Origin: a virus
IMG/VR virus record: IMGVR_UViG_3300004369_000643
Span: 1 to 64,000 of that record
Reading direction: 5' to 3' (one strand)
Length of the DNA stretch: 64,000 bases
How positions within the stretch are numbered: the first letter of the stretch is position 1; every line of letters starts with the position of its first letter. Position numbers and translations under genes: made by a program. The notes beneath the pieces are model-generated. The model was given only the letters and a program-made list of their open reading frames with translations. It made no database searches and was not told the DNA's origin. Below, in pieces: positions 36,607-45,947 of this stretch.

Positions 36607-37700
36607 TGAAAATAGGTTTTGCTTCTAATGATTGGTCTCGTTCTGCGAAAGATGCTTTAGGTCGCCCTGTTATGGGAGGATCGGGTTATATTAGAATCGG
36701 TCAGTATATTAAGCATTATAAGAACACCGGCATTGATGCAGTTGTTGGGATATTAGCACACAATAGTAGGGCTGGTACTTTTGGAGTGCATTCTTGGGAT
36801 GGTAACGACTATTTTGATTGTGACGTTATCGTGATGCAGAGATACATGCACAAACAGGTATTGCCTGATATGAAAAGAGCGCAGGCTACTGGTCAGATAA
36901 TTCTACAAGATGTTGATGACTGGTATTGGGGTTTAAGTGAAAAAAATCATGCCTATTCCGCTAGTGATCCTACTAAGAATCCTGACGAAAACATTAACTG
37001 GTACGAAAACATAATCAAGGAATCAGACGGCGTTATTACTTCTACTCCATTCCTGTACAACAAGATGAAAGAATGGAATGAAAATATCGTTTTACAGACA
37101 AACTATGTTGATACTGGAATGTTTTCCAAAGCCTATCAGCATGAGCCTAGGCTTAAAATTATCGTAGGGTGGATGGGTTCAACAGCGCATAGAAGTGGTG
37201 ACTTAGAAATCTTACGCCCTTATAGTAAGAAAATTTCAGAGTTTGCTTCATGGCATCATACCGGCGATATGAATGTACCTAATTGGCCTAAGTTTCATAA
37301 ACAGGTTGGTATTGAAGCGGGTGCGCTCACTACTTTTCCGTTCGTTGCTCCCCATGAATTAAATACAGGAATCAAGTTTGACGTTGGTATTGTCCCATTG
37401 ACAGATATTCCTTTCAATCATGCTAAGTCATATATTAAGGGCTTAGAGTATGCTGCTGCTGGTTTACCTTTTGTTTGCTCTTGGTCACCTCAATACGAAG
37501 AACTAACTCAGGAGCACGGTATAGGCTCGTTAGTTTCATCTCCGGCAGACTATGTTCAAGAATTAAGTAAATTTAGAGATTTCGGTTATCGTGTTAAGGT
37601 AGCCAACGATAATCGTATCCGTGTCCGCAAATTTGATAGTAAAATAGGTGCAGAGCAGTTATACAAACATATAAAAAAGTTAGTTGATGGTGCGAAATGA
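36606..37700 (+). CDS. GT4/GT-B glycosyltransferase
   Basis: DVDD, GWMGS..H, DVGIVPL...FN..KS.IK.LEYAAAGLP. Confidence 0.85.
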   Translation: MKIGFASNDWSRSAKDALGRPVMGGSGYIRIGQYIKHYKNTGIDAVVGILAHNSRAGTFGVHSWDGNDYFDCDVIVMQRYMHKQVLPDMKRAQATGQIILQDVDDWYWGLSEKNHAYSASDPTKNPDENINWYENIIKESDGVITSTPFLYNKMKEWNENIVLQTNYVDTGMFSKAYQHEPRLKIIVGWMGSTAHRSGDLEILRPYSKKISEFASWHHTGDMNVPNWPKFHKQVGIEAGALTTFPFVAPHELNTGIKFDVGIVPLTDIPFNHAKSYIKGLEYAAAGLPFVCSWSPQYEELTQEHGIGSLVSSPADYVQELSKFRDFGYRVKVANDNRIRVRKFDSKIGAEQLYKHIKKLVDGAK

Positions 37701-38173
37701 AACGTGGCAAACCTCTTAAGCGGACACCACTTAAACGTGGAGATAGTCAGTTAAAACGTACTCCTCTTTCTCATAGGTCTAAGAAAACAGAAGAGTTATA
37801 TGTTGATCGCAGAGCCATTGTGAAAGAAATGCTTAAGACACATACTTATTGTCAAGCATGTAAGATTTGGGTGGCTTTTGATTTATACACTGGAAAGCGA
37901 ACTGCTATTACTTTCAATGTAAATAAGACTCGTGACATACATGAGATAGTAAACAGATCGCAGGGTGGATCAATTACAGAACGTCGTAATCTGTTAGCAG
38001 TTTGTAGACCTTGCCATAATAGAATAACTACAGACCCTAAAAACGCCGAACGCTTAGGTCTTCATTTGGAGAGTTGGTGCAACAATAGTTTAGGTTTTGG
38101 TGAAGCGGAAAGGATTAGAAATGAATGGTCGAAAGGCACTCCTACAGAACCTTCTTGGTTCAGCAGTAAATGA
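37697..38173 (+). CDS. HNH endonuclease-like protein
   Basis: CQAC...HE...RSQGG...NLLAVCRPCH. Confidence 0.75.
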   Translation: MKRGKPLKRTPLKRGDSQLKRTPLSHRSKKTEELYVDRRAIVKEMLKTHTYCQACKIWVAFDLYTGKRTAITFNVNKTRDIHEIVNRSQGGSITERRNLLAVCRPCHNRITTDPKNAERLGLHLESWCNNSLGFGEAERIRNEWSKGTPTEPSWFSSK

Positions 38174-39020
38174 ACATCCAGATTTACTTGATGAGATAAA
38201 CTCGCTTTCAGGTAACTTTAAAGATATTGATCTTCCTCATCTTGATCGTGAGGAAGTAAATACTGAATTTTTGTCTGGCTTACAGCAACAATGGCGCAAT
38301 GATGGTGTTGTCATTTTTGACTCATTTTTTCCTGACGAAATGATTGAAGCATACAGGTCTGATTGGATTCAACATAACAGAGTGAACCACGATAGACCCA
38401 TGGGGTACCCCGGCGAGTGTGCATACTTTCAGGTTGAGAGTTTGATGCGGCTAGCAACATACAAACCTCTCCACGATGTGTTGTCTCACCTAATTGGCGA
38501 CAATATGGGTGTACATTTAAACCTTACAGGGTGGAAATCCACTCAACGTAACTGGCATCAAGACGGATATTTGAATCCTGATTCCAACAAAGACCATTAC
38601 TTGGCTGTATGGATAGCACTAGATGACATCCATGAGGATTCAGGCCCGTTTGAGTTTGTTCGTGGTTCTCATGTTCTTCCTATTATCACACAAGATCAAA
38701 CTTTGTCTAGGCTGGAAGTCGCAGAGCGTACCGATCCTATGTGGCCTAAGTACTCTGAAAGATTTTTGACACCCATGTTTGAAGATTTATTGGATCGTGG
38801 TAATATGAGGACAGAAAAGTTTTTGGCTAAAAAGGGTGACGTACTTGTATGGCACGCTCGTTTAATGCACCGAGGTTCTCTTCCTAACAATCCTGATTTG
38901 TGGAGAGAGACTGCTATCATACATTATTCAGGCATTAATCATAGGCCCGATATGCCGGTTGCTGAGCAGTTTGAAGACGGTGGCTGGTTTTTCCCGATAA
39001 ATCAAAACATTCCACTGTAG
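38097..39020 (+). CDS. PhyH-family 2OG-Fe(II) dioxygenase
   Basis: WHQD, WIALDD...SGPFEFVRGSH, GDVLVWHARLMH; start uncertain. Confidence 0.85.
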   Translation: MVKRKGLEMNGRKALLQNLLGSAVNEHPDLLDEINSLSGNFKDIDLPHLDREEVNTEFLSGLQQQWRNDGVVIFDSFFPDEMIEAYRSDWIQHNRVNHDRPMGYPGECAYFQVESLMRLATYKPLHDVLSHLIGDNMGVHLNLTGWKSTQRNWHQDGYLNPDSNKDHYLAVWIALDDIHEDSGPFEFVRGSHVLPIITQDQTLSRLEVAERTDPMWPKYSERFLTPMFEDLLDRGNMRTEKFLAKKGDVLVWHARLMHRGSLPNNPDLWRETAIIHYSGINHRPDMPVAEQFEDGGWFFPINQNIPL

Positions 39021-39021
39021 T

Positions 39022-39402
39022 ATGCCTGCGAAGTATGGGCATCAAGACAAGGCTAAAGCAACTAAGTTACATAGTTTGCTGGTGCGTACTAGAGATAACT
39101 TTACTTGTCGTTGGTGTGGTGCTTCTAAGAAAGACGGTAAGCAGATCCAGTGTGCGCATATTATTTCTCGTGGTGTTTCTGCGACTAGGACTGATGAGCG
39201 CAATGCGGTTGCATTATGTGCGTCATGCCATTGGAAGCAAAGTAAAAATCCTATAATCTGGGCTAGATGGATAGAGTGCGAGTTAGGTACTGAACATATA
39301 GATGATTTGATTGAAAGAGGGGTACCCGGTGTTTTGGTGGATTGGACATCAGAAGTATCCCGCCTACAATCTGCCCTTGACCGTTTAACTGACATAAGGT
39401 AA
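39022..39402 (+). CDS. NinG/HNH-like endonuclease
   Basis: RD..CRWC, QCAHIISR, N...LCASCH. Confidence 0.75.
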   Translation: MPAKYGHQDKAKATKLHSLLVRTRDNFTCRWCGASKKDGKQIQCAHIISRGVSATRTDERNAVALCASCHWKQSKNPIIWARWIECELGTEHIDDLIERGVPGVLVDWTSEVSRLQSALDRLTDIR

Positions 39403-39411
39403 AATAGAGTA

Positions 39412-39762
39412 ATGACTTATTCTCGTAGCGCACCTATTAGTTCAGTGGAAGTGGAATCTGAGTTAATTCGACTTACGGGTGAAATTGAGTCAGAGACAGA
39501 GGCATTTGAAATGCTGGCAAAAGATCATGCCGTTAAGGAAGCAGAATATAAGAAGCAGTGGTTTAAAGAGTATCTTGCCGCTGAAGGCGCTGTGAAGCAA
39601 AAGGAAAGTTGGGCTGGATATAAGACTAGCGAGTTATATTACGACGCTCAAGTTGCGGATGCGTTAGTTAGGGCAAAGCGAGAGAAGTTACATTCTTTAA
39701 GAACTGCCTGTGACGCATTGAGAACAATTGCCGCAAACGTACGATCACAGGTTAAGTTTTAA
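39412..39762 (+). CDS. hypothetical coiled-coil protein
   Basis: leaderless; ORF track. Confidence 0.7.
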   Translation: MTYSRSAPISSVEVESELIRLTGEIESETEAFEMLAKDHAVKEAEYKKQWFKEYLAAEGAVKQKESWAGYKTSELYYDAQVADALVRAKREKLHSLRTACDALRTIAANVRSQVKF

Positions 39763-39771
39763 GGAGAATAT

Positions 39772-40380
39772 ATGGGTAACTATTTAAATGTTGGGTGCGG
39801 TACGCACTACGCTACAGGTTGGGTTAACACCGATGTATGGGAAGACCATGCTACTAAGCCCGATGTGCTGGTTGAGTCAGGAAAGCCATACCCCTTTGAA
39901 GACAATACTTTTGATGCCATTTTCTTAGGCCACGTTTTAGAGCACATGGATTGGAGCGAGGTTGGTGGATTTTTAGAAGACATGAATAGGATTGCTAAGC
40001 CTAATTCACCAATACTTGCTGTGGGGCCTGATGTCTATCGAACAATTAAACGTTGGCATAAAAATCAAGAGCCGTGGAGTATGGTTGAATCTGTAATGGA
40101 GCATCAAGATGTTTACGGCGGGTATACGTCTTTTATTAACTCTGATGCTTATACTGCTACGCCTCCTGACTGGTGGGATGGTGCGGCTCATCACTGGAAT
40201 TGCCACGAAGACCGCATGTTCAGCATTATGTCATCCGTCTTTACGGACTGTTCTGTTTACACTGACAAGATTACGTGCGATGGTACAATGACTAGTTGGT
40301 TAGACAATGAAAATAATATCACTTGGCCTGTTGTAGGCTACTGGCACTGGCAATGCGCCGTACTGGGGTACTCAACATGA
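39772..40380 (+). CDS. class I SAM-dependent methyltransferase
   Basis: LNVGCG...GWVNTD, PFEDNTFD...HVLEH. Confidence 0.85.
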   Translation: MGNYLNVGCGTHYATGWVNTDVWEDHATKPDVLVESGKPYPFEDNTFDAIFLGHVLEHMDWSEVGGFLEDMNRIAKPNSPILAVGPDVYRTIKRWHKNQEPWSMVESVMEHQDVYGGYTSFINSDAYTATPPDWWDGAAHHWNCHEDRMFSIMSSVFTDCSVYTDKITCDGTMTSWLDNENNITWPVVGYWHWQCAVLGYST

Positions 40381-41165
40381 TTCATAATATTGCAGATAAT
40401 CTTCAAAACCTTGCTGTAGATATTGATCTGTTACGCCCTTTGGAGAATAACGCACGACGAGGTAATGTCGATGCGATTATGGCATCTTACAGTAAGTTTG
40501 GTCAGGTAAAACCTATTGTGGCTATAGCAGATGACGCCGGTGACCTTACAGTTATCGCAGGTAACCACCAGTTAGAAGCGGCTAAAAGGTTAGGGTGGCA
40601 ACAGATCGCAGTTTCTGTAGTTGATTTAGACAACGACGATGCACTTGCGTTTGCCTTGGCAGATAATCGTATTTCTGATCTAGGCACAACAGATAATGAA
40701 ATTCTGTATGAGTTGTTAACTGACGTAATTGGCGACGACGAAAACTTTTTTGAAGTTTTAGGCTGGGACGATTTCTCTGTGGCGGCTATAGAAAACACTG
40801 TGATTACTGCCGAGTTGGCTAATGATAGCAATGCTGGATGGACTGCTCCTGAAATTGTTTTTAACGACGTGGGTGTTGACTCTCCGCCCCCCGCTGTACC
40901 TACTCAGAGTAGCGGCACCAATGAGCAGCCCGCCCGCAATCCACAACCGAATACGTCCACGATTGTAACACAGGGTAGCACAAGCACGGGATCGTCAGGT
41001 ACAAGTAATGCATCTATTCAATTTACTCTAGTTTTTGATAGCGCAGAGCAACAATCTAAATGGTATGCTTTTATTAAGTGGCTTAGAGAAAGTCCTGTCT
41101 ATGATGGCGATACAACTTCAGAGAGGTTGTTTGACTTTATTGCCCAGCATTCAGAAATGGGCTAA
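40377..41165 (+). CDS. ParB/Srx N-terminal domain protein
   Basis: NARR, FGQVKPI, VIAGNH, ALADNR. Confidence 0.85.
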   Translation: MIHNIADNLQNLAVDIDLLRPLENNARRGNVDAIMASYSKFGQVKPIVAIADDAGDLTVIAGNHQLEAAKRLGWQQIAVSVVDLDNDDALAFALADNRISDLGTTDNEILYELLTDVIGDDENFFEVLGWDDFSVAAIENTVITAELANDSNAGWTAPEIVFNDVGVDSPPPAVPTQSSGTNEQPARNPQPNTSTIVTQGSTSTGSSGTSNASIQFTLVFDSAEQQSKWYAFIKWLRESPVYDGDTTSERLFDFIAQHSEMG

Positions 41166-41167
41166 CT

Positions 41168-42340
41168 GTGGCTAGGCGTAGAATGTTTTTAGACATGAAT
41201 TGTGTCGATGCTGCACGTGAGCGTATCCGTCATGTTTATGATACTTTCGATACTGTTTGTGTACAGTTTAGTGGCGGTAAAGACTCAACTGCTTGCTTGT
41301 ACTTAGCGAAAGAAATACATGAGGAACGTGGTTTAGGGCCTGTTAAAGTTATTTTCCGTGATGAAGAGATGCTGTCTCCTGCGGTTGCTGATTACGTTCA
41401 GCGTGTAAGCGAGTATGATTGGGTGGACATGGAGTGGTATTGTCTTCCTATGGGGCAAGAAGTTTGGGTTCTAGGTGCAAGAGAGTATGTTTTGCTATGG
41501 TCTAAGATGCGAGAAAGCGAAGGCCGCTTGTTTAGACCTTTTCCAAAGAACGCTATTAGGGCGGAGCACTTTGGGCTTGATCCGAGTAAGGCGATTCCCC
41601 GGAAGGTCGATGAATACACTATGCAGGGAAAGAAGGGAAGAACAGCATTTATTACCGGTGTACGTGCAAATGAATCGATGATTCGGTATCGTACAGTAAC
41701 TCAAAAGTTACACGAGAATTATATTAATCGACCATTTAAGTTATCTAAGGCAATACCTCTGCGGTTTGCTAAAGTTATTTATGACTGGACATCTGATGAT
41801 GTTTTAAAGTTTATTACTGAAGAGCATGGTGCCGATTATTGTGCATACTATGACTATGCTGCTATGAGTGGAGCAAATCAAAGGGTGGGCATCCCTCTTC
41901 ATGCTGTAGCCTCAAGAAGACTTACTGATGTTCTTAGAACTGAGCCAGAGTTCTATGACGATCTTGTTAGATGTTTTCCTCAGATTGAAGCACAGCGTCA
42001 GTTGTGGTCTGAATTCAACATTGAAAGAGTTATTGATATGTACGAGAGCATGGGGTGGAAGGGCGTTAAGTACTGCGTTGAAGATAATATTTTAACTCCG
42101 GGGCTTCGAAAAGCGGCCATGGTGTACAGTAATGACTTTAAGAAGAAACACGCCAAAGACCCTTATGGGTACCCGTTAGATCACTTGATTCGGACATTGT
42201 TATTAAATTCATTTGTAGGTTCACCAAGTCCTGTAGGCCCTAAGACCAAAGCACACAACAAGCGCAGATCGCTACTAGAGCAAGATGATCAGATTATCAT
42301 GGATGCCAACAGCCTTGACTTGCACGACGATACACGGTAG
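41168..42340 (+). CDS. PAPS-reductase-family protein (IbrA-like)
   Basis: AARERI, FSGGKDS, GVRANES, IYDW. Confidence 0.85.
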   Translation: MARRRMFLDMNCVDAARERIRHVYDTFDTVCVQFSGGKDSTACLYLAKEIHEERGLGPVKVIFRDEEMLSPAVADYVQRVSEYDWVDMEWYCLPMGQEVWVLGAREYVLLWSKMRESEGRLFRPFPKNAIRAEHFGLDPSKAIPRKVDEYTMQGKKGRTAFITGVRANESMIRYRTVTQKLHENYINRPFKLSKAIPLRFAKVIYDWTSDDVLKFITEEHGADYCAYYDYAAMSGANQRVGIPLHAVASRRLTDVLRTEPEFYDDLVRCFPQIEAQRQLWSEFNIERVIDMYESMGWKGVKYCVEDNILTPGLRKAAMVYSNDFKKKHAKDPYGYPLDHLIRTLLLNSFVGSPSPVGPKTKAHNKRRSLLEQDDQIIMDANSLDLHDDTR

Positions 42341-42349
42341 TGTAATCAC

Positions 42350-42871
42350 ATGGATTTAGCAAATATAAAAGATGTGCGTCCCCCTAAATGGACATCTTCG
42401 TGTTATGTTGTTTCTCCTGACTATAAAAAACTTGAGAAGTCAATTAAGAAGTATGGTATTTTAAGTCCTATAGTAATTCAGCCTGACGGAACTATTGTAG
42501 ATGGTTTTCATCGATGGAAGGCTGCAAATGAATTGGGTTTAAGTAAGGTTCCTGTAGTTGTCGTTCAGGTTGACGACATTGAAGCCATGTTATTACACAT
42601 TGACCTAAATAGGTATCGTGGTATAGTTATAGCCAAGTACCTGTCTAATATGATTAGACGTATCCTTCAGTCTGGTAGATACGATCATGAATCGTTGCGA
42701 AGTAAAATGGGACTTACTTCTGAAGAGTTTGACGTTTTAGCAGAAGGCTCTTTGATTAAGATGCGTAAGATTAAGCAGCACACGTATTCACCTGCTTGGG
42801 TTCCCATTGAGTCAGCGACTGGCGAAGATATAAACGTTGAGCGTGTTACTGGACACGCAGAGCAGGTTTAA
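42350..42871 (+). CDS. ParB-like protein (IbrB-like)
   Basis: G..SPIV...IVDGFHR, NRYRG, YS.AW. Confidence 0.8.
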   Translation: MDLANIKDVRPPKWTSSCYVVSPDYKKLEKSIKKYGILSPIVIQPDGTIVDGFHRWKAANELGLSKVPVVVVQVDDIEAMLLHIDLNRYRGIVIAKYLSNMIRRILQSGRYDHESLRSKMGLTSEEFDVLAEGSLIKMRKIKQHTYSPAWVPIESATGEDINVERVTGHAEQV

Positions 42872-42886
42872 GAAAGGAATGTAATC

Positions 42887-43213
42887 ATGAAAATTAATGC
42901 ATATCAAGCCGCCGCAAAGGAAACGGCGGTATTTCCTCCCGACAAAGGTATAGAGTACACGACACTAGGTTTAGTAAGTGAGGCTGGTGAAGTAGCCGAT
43001 AAGGTTAAGAAAGTTATTCGTGATAGCGGCGGAGAATTTTCAGAAGAAGCAAAGCAGGCGATCAAAAAGGAACTAGGGGATGTCTTGTGGTACGTTGCTG
43101 GTTTGGCTTGGGAGTTGGGTTTCACTTTAGAAGACGTTGCTGAAACAAATATTTTAAAGTTGTCTAGCCGCTATGACCGTGGTAAGATTGGTGGATCTGG
43201 AGATGACAGGTAA
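42887..43213 (+). CDS. MazG-like nucleotide pyrophosphohydrolase
   Basis: GLVSEAGEV..K.KK, ELGDVLWY, GSGDDR. Confidence 0.9.
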   Translation: MKINAYQAAAKETAVFPPDKGIEYTTLGLVSEAGEVADKVKKVIRDSGGEFSEEAKQAIKKELGDVLWYVAGLAWELGFTLEDVAETNILKLSSRYDRGKIGGSGDDR

Positions 43214-44159
43214 CTCTTCGTGGCGTTCTCTGTCCACGCCAATCAATAATCTTTCCCCAGATGAAGCATTAATATTTAGTAAGTCTGATTATTCCGTTGT
43301 ACTTAATCCCGTTTACGTTTGGGATACATTTCAGAAGAAGTTTGTAGAAGTTGAAGATCGTTACTGTACTGGTAGGTATGTAACTGACGCATTGGCTGAT
43401 AGTGGTATGCGTCAAGAAAACTGGGAAGTTGTTAAAGATCGTTATGTTATCGTTCCAAACTCAGATATTTTAGAGCGAGCAACTACTATTGCAGATGCGT
43501 TTAATGGCTCGGCTCATTTAGATAGTTGTGGCAGTCTAGATAACGGTAGAAAGTTTTTTGTTGCAATATTTACAGGGACTTTTGAGATTATAGGCTCTGG
43601 GGACAAAGATATGATTGATACTTATGTCATTGCTATGACTTCACATGACGGCTCGGTTCCCGTTTGTTATTACAATTTAGATGTCCGCAGGAGAAACAAT
43701 TCTGTTTACAGGTTCTTTGATGAAAGTGCTGATTTTTGTATACGTAAGCGGCACACCCCTAATCATGCAGATCGGGATAGTGAGGTTACTGAAGTTTTAA
43801 CCATGCGTCAAATGTGGAGTATGTCGTTTAAATCTACTTTAAATAAATTGCTTTCACCTTTATCAGAGTCGCAGTTTGAAACTGTTTTAAATTCTCAGTG
43901 GAACCCTAATACAGCATCTTCTAAAAGCAAACGTGATCACGCAGAAAATGTTATTGATACAATCAATTCGCTGTATAGGTCTGACTACAATTTCGGAATG
44001 TTTGGTCACAGCAAGTGGGCAGCGTTTAATGCTATTTGTGAATACATCGATTTCCACAGGGATATTCCCGGCTTGGAAGCGGCGCAGCATTCTTTAGAGA
44101 TTGATAACTTTAGTCATCGTTTAAAGTTATCTCTGTATAAAGAGTTACGTTCTGTTTAG
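43203..44159 (+). CDS. DUF932-family protein
   Basis: GSLDNGRKFF, TSHDGS, RHT, KWAAFNAICEYID. Confidence 0.75.
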   Translation: MTGNSSWRSLSTPINNLSPDEALIFSKSDYSVVLNPVYVWDTFQKKFVEVEDRYCTGRYVTDALADSGMRQENWEVVKDRYVIVPNSDILERATTIADAFNGSAHLDSCGSLDNGRKFFVAIFTGTFEIIGSGDKDMIDTYVIAMTSHDGSVPVCYYNLDVRRRNNSVYRFFDESADFCIRKRHTPNHADRDSEVTEVLTMRQMWSMSFKSTLNKLLSPLSESQFETVLNSQWNPNTASSKSKRDHAENVIDTINSLYRSDYNFGMFGHSKWAAFNAICEYIDFHRDIPGLEAAQHSLEIDNFSHRLKLSLYKELRSV

Positions 44160-44422
44160 TCTAGTTCGATAAAGATGCACTCTCCGGGGCACTCCTCGGC
44201 TGATTCAATTACATCTTCAAGAATATTTTCTGGAACGTCAGCCATTCCTGTAGACATCTGGTAAACAGGCCCGTCTGCCTCACCGTTAGGCCCCTTTACA
44301 TTAGGCCATGAGACTTCTTTAACGTATGCCAAGCCATCGTCATGCATTTCAAATACACTGGGGCATATTTCTGCGCACAAGCCATCTCCGGTACAGAGGT
44401 CTTGATCAATCCAAACTTTCAT
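44156..44422 (-). CDS. ferredoxin
   Basis: DQDLCTGDGLC..ICP...ECPGECI. Confidence 0.9.
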   Translation of the reverse strand: MKVWIDQDLCTGDGLCAEICPSVFEMHDDGLAYVKEVSWPNVKGPNGEADGPVYQMSTGMADVPENILEDVIESAEECPGECIFIELD

Positions 44423-44430
44423 AATTTCTC

Positions 44431-45774
44431 CTAAATGATAATTTCTATTTTACGTCGCAACCCCATTCCCAGCCCTGCACAAATGTTAAAAGCGTGGGTT
44501 GCTGCGTCAACTTGGTCATCGTGTACTCGGGCTTCGGGAAAGGATGATAGTTCGTCAAGGAAGTCTGTGTTCCAGTCAGCCCTAACCATTCTTACGTTTC
44601 CATTTGCTACTGCCGCCGCAAATGGTTTTGCTCGTGTCACTTTGTCACCTGTGGCTCTCTGACCTTTGAAGTCGTATCCGGGTAAAACGTAACGAGCATA
44701 TTGATCGATTAGGTTTTTACCTGCTGATCCCGGCTCCTGCTCCATCTGTATTGGGATTTCAGGGCCATCTTCAATTGCTGTGTTACGAACAAACTTTTCT
44801 ACACGATCACCTTTTGCTCTAACCCTACGAACATCTATAATGTAAAATACACCATTGTCAAAAGCAGCCAAGCACCCTACTGTCCAGTCTGGATCAGGGT
44901 TGCTGGATGTTGGCTCTGTTCCCGCCAAGTCCCAGAAGCGTACAATCTGAGTGTCTTTACTAAATGATGGAATTTCGGTAAATTCAATTACTTCCAAGTT
45001 GTTTCTATCGAACATTGATCCAAGCGTGGTCGCCCACCAGTCACCAAACTCCAGTCGGTTTCTTTCAATGGGGTCAAGTTCTTGAAGTACTGCACGGTAT
45101 GATTCAGGGTCAATGCCGGGGTTATCAGTAAGCATTGATGGAATGAATATGCGTCCGTTCTTTTCACCCTCCACGAGAAATCGTTGCCGCACCCAGTTAG
45201 GTGCTGGGTTGGTTGCTGCTCTCATTCGTAGCGGTACCTCTGCAAGAGGCCCACTGGCTGGTCGCCTTAAACGTGAGAACATATAGCGATAGTCAGATTC
45301 TCTAATTTCTGTAACCTCATCCATTCCGATGAATTGAAACTCTGAACCTTTGTACCGTAGATAGTCGTTGACGTTATTTAGGTAACCGAATGTTATTCTA
45401 GCGCCAGATGGGAACGTTGCAGTGTATTGGTTGGCGTTCCAATGAACATCGTCGTATTGCATAATCCAGTCTTTGAAACGATCCATTAGGGCACCGGGAA
45501 GCGCAAGGTCGGCATATGTACGACGGAAAAGGATGGCACTGTAACCGGGAACATCTATATACTGTAGTGCCGCCATAATTAATGCTGATGATTTACCACC
45601 GCCTGCAGCACCTCCAAAGAGTACTTCCTGACCCATTGATTTAAGGAATACCTTCTGAGTTATTGATGGCTCTTCAACCCAGTAGTCTGAACGCTTCGGC
45701 TCTAGATACTTCCTAATTTTCTCCCAATCCTGAGTTTGCATCGACATATCTGCTTGTCTCCTAGACAATTTCAC
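44431..45774 (-). CDS. terL: terminase large subunit
   Basis: GGAAGGGKS, IGMDE, ATNP, RFWDLA, HDDQVDA. Confidence 0.92.
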   Translation of the reverse strand: MKLSRRQADMSMQTQDWEKIRKYLEPKRSDYWVEEPSITQKVFLKSMGQEVLFGGAAGGGKSSALIMAALQYIDVPGYSAILFRRTYADLALPGALMDRFKDWIMQYDDVHWNANQYTATFPSGARITFGYLNNVNDYLRYKGSEFQFIGMDEVTEIRESDYRYMFSRLRRPASGPLAEVPLRMRAATNPAPNWVRQRFLVEGEKNGRIFIPSMLTDNPGIDPESYRAVLQELDPIERNRLEFGDWWATTLGSMFDRNNLEVIEFTEIPSFSKDTQIVRFWDLAGTEPTSSNPDPDWTVGCLAAFDNGVFYIIDVRRVRAKGDRVEKFVRNTAIEDGPEIPIQMEQEPGSAGKNLIDQYARYVLPGYDFKGQRATGDKVTRAKPFAAAVANGNVRMVRADWNTDFLDELSSFPEARVHDDQVDAATHAFNICAGLGMGLRRKIEIII

Positions 45775-45788
45775 GGTAAAGTATACCT

Positions 45789-45947
45789 ATGAAGAAATTT
45801 CTGTCCCGTTCTTTCGCTGCTCACGCTTGTATGGGCGCAGGCATCGTTTTTATCGGCCTTGGTATTAGTATACTAAGTTTGGGGTGGGGTTTGGCAAGTG
45901 CTGGTCTTGCTTGTGGAATGTACGGGTATTTATTAGGGGCTGAATAA
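45789..45947 (+). CDS. 52 aa membrane protein upstream of portal
   Basis: manual translation; hydrophobic; TAATG coupling to portal. Confidence 0.6.
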   Translation: MKKFLSRSFAAHACMGAGIVFIGLGISILSLGWGLASAGLACGMYGYLLGAE

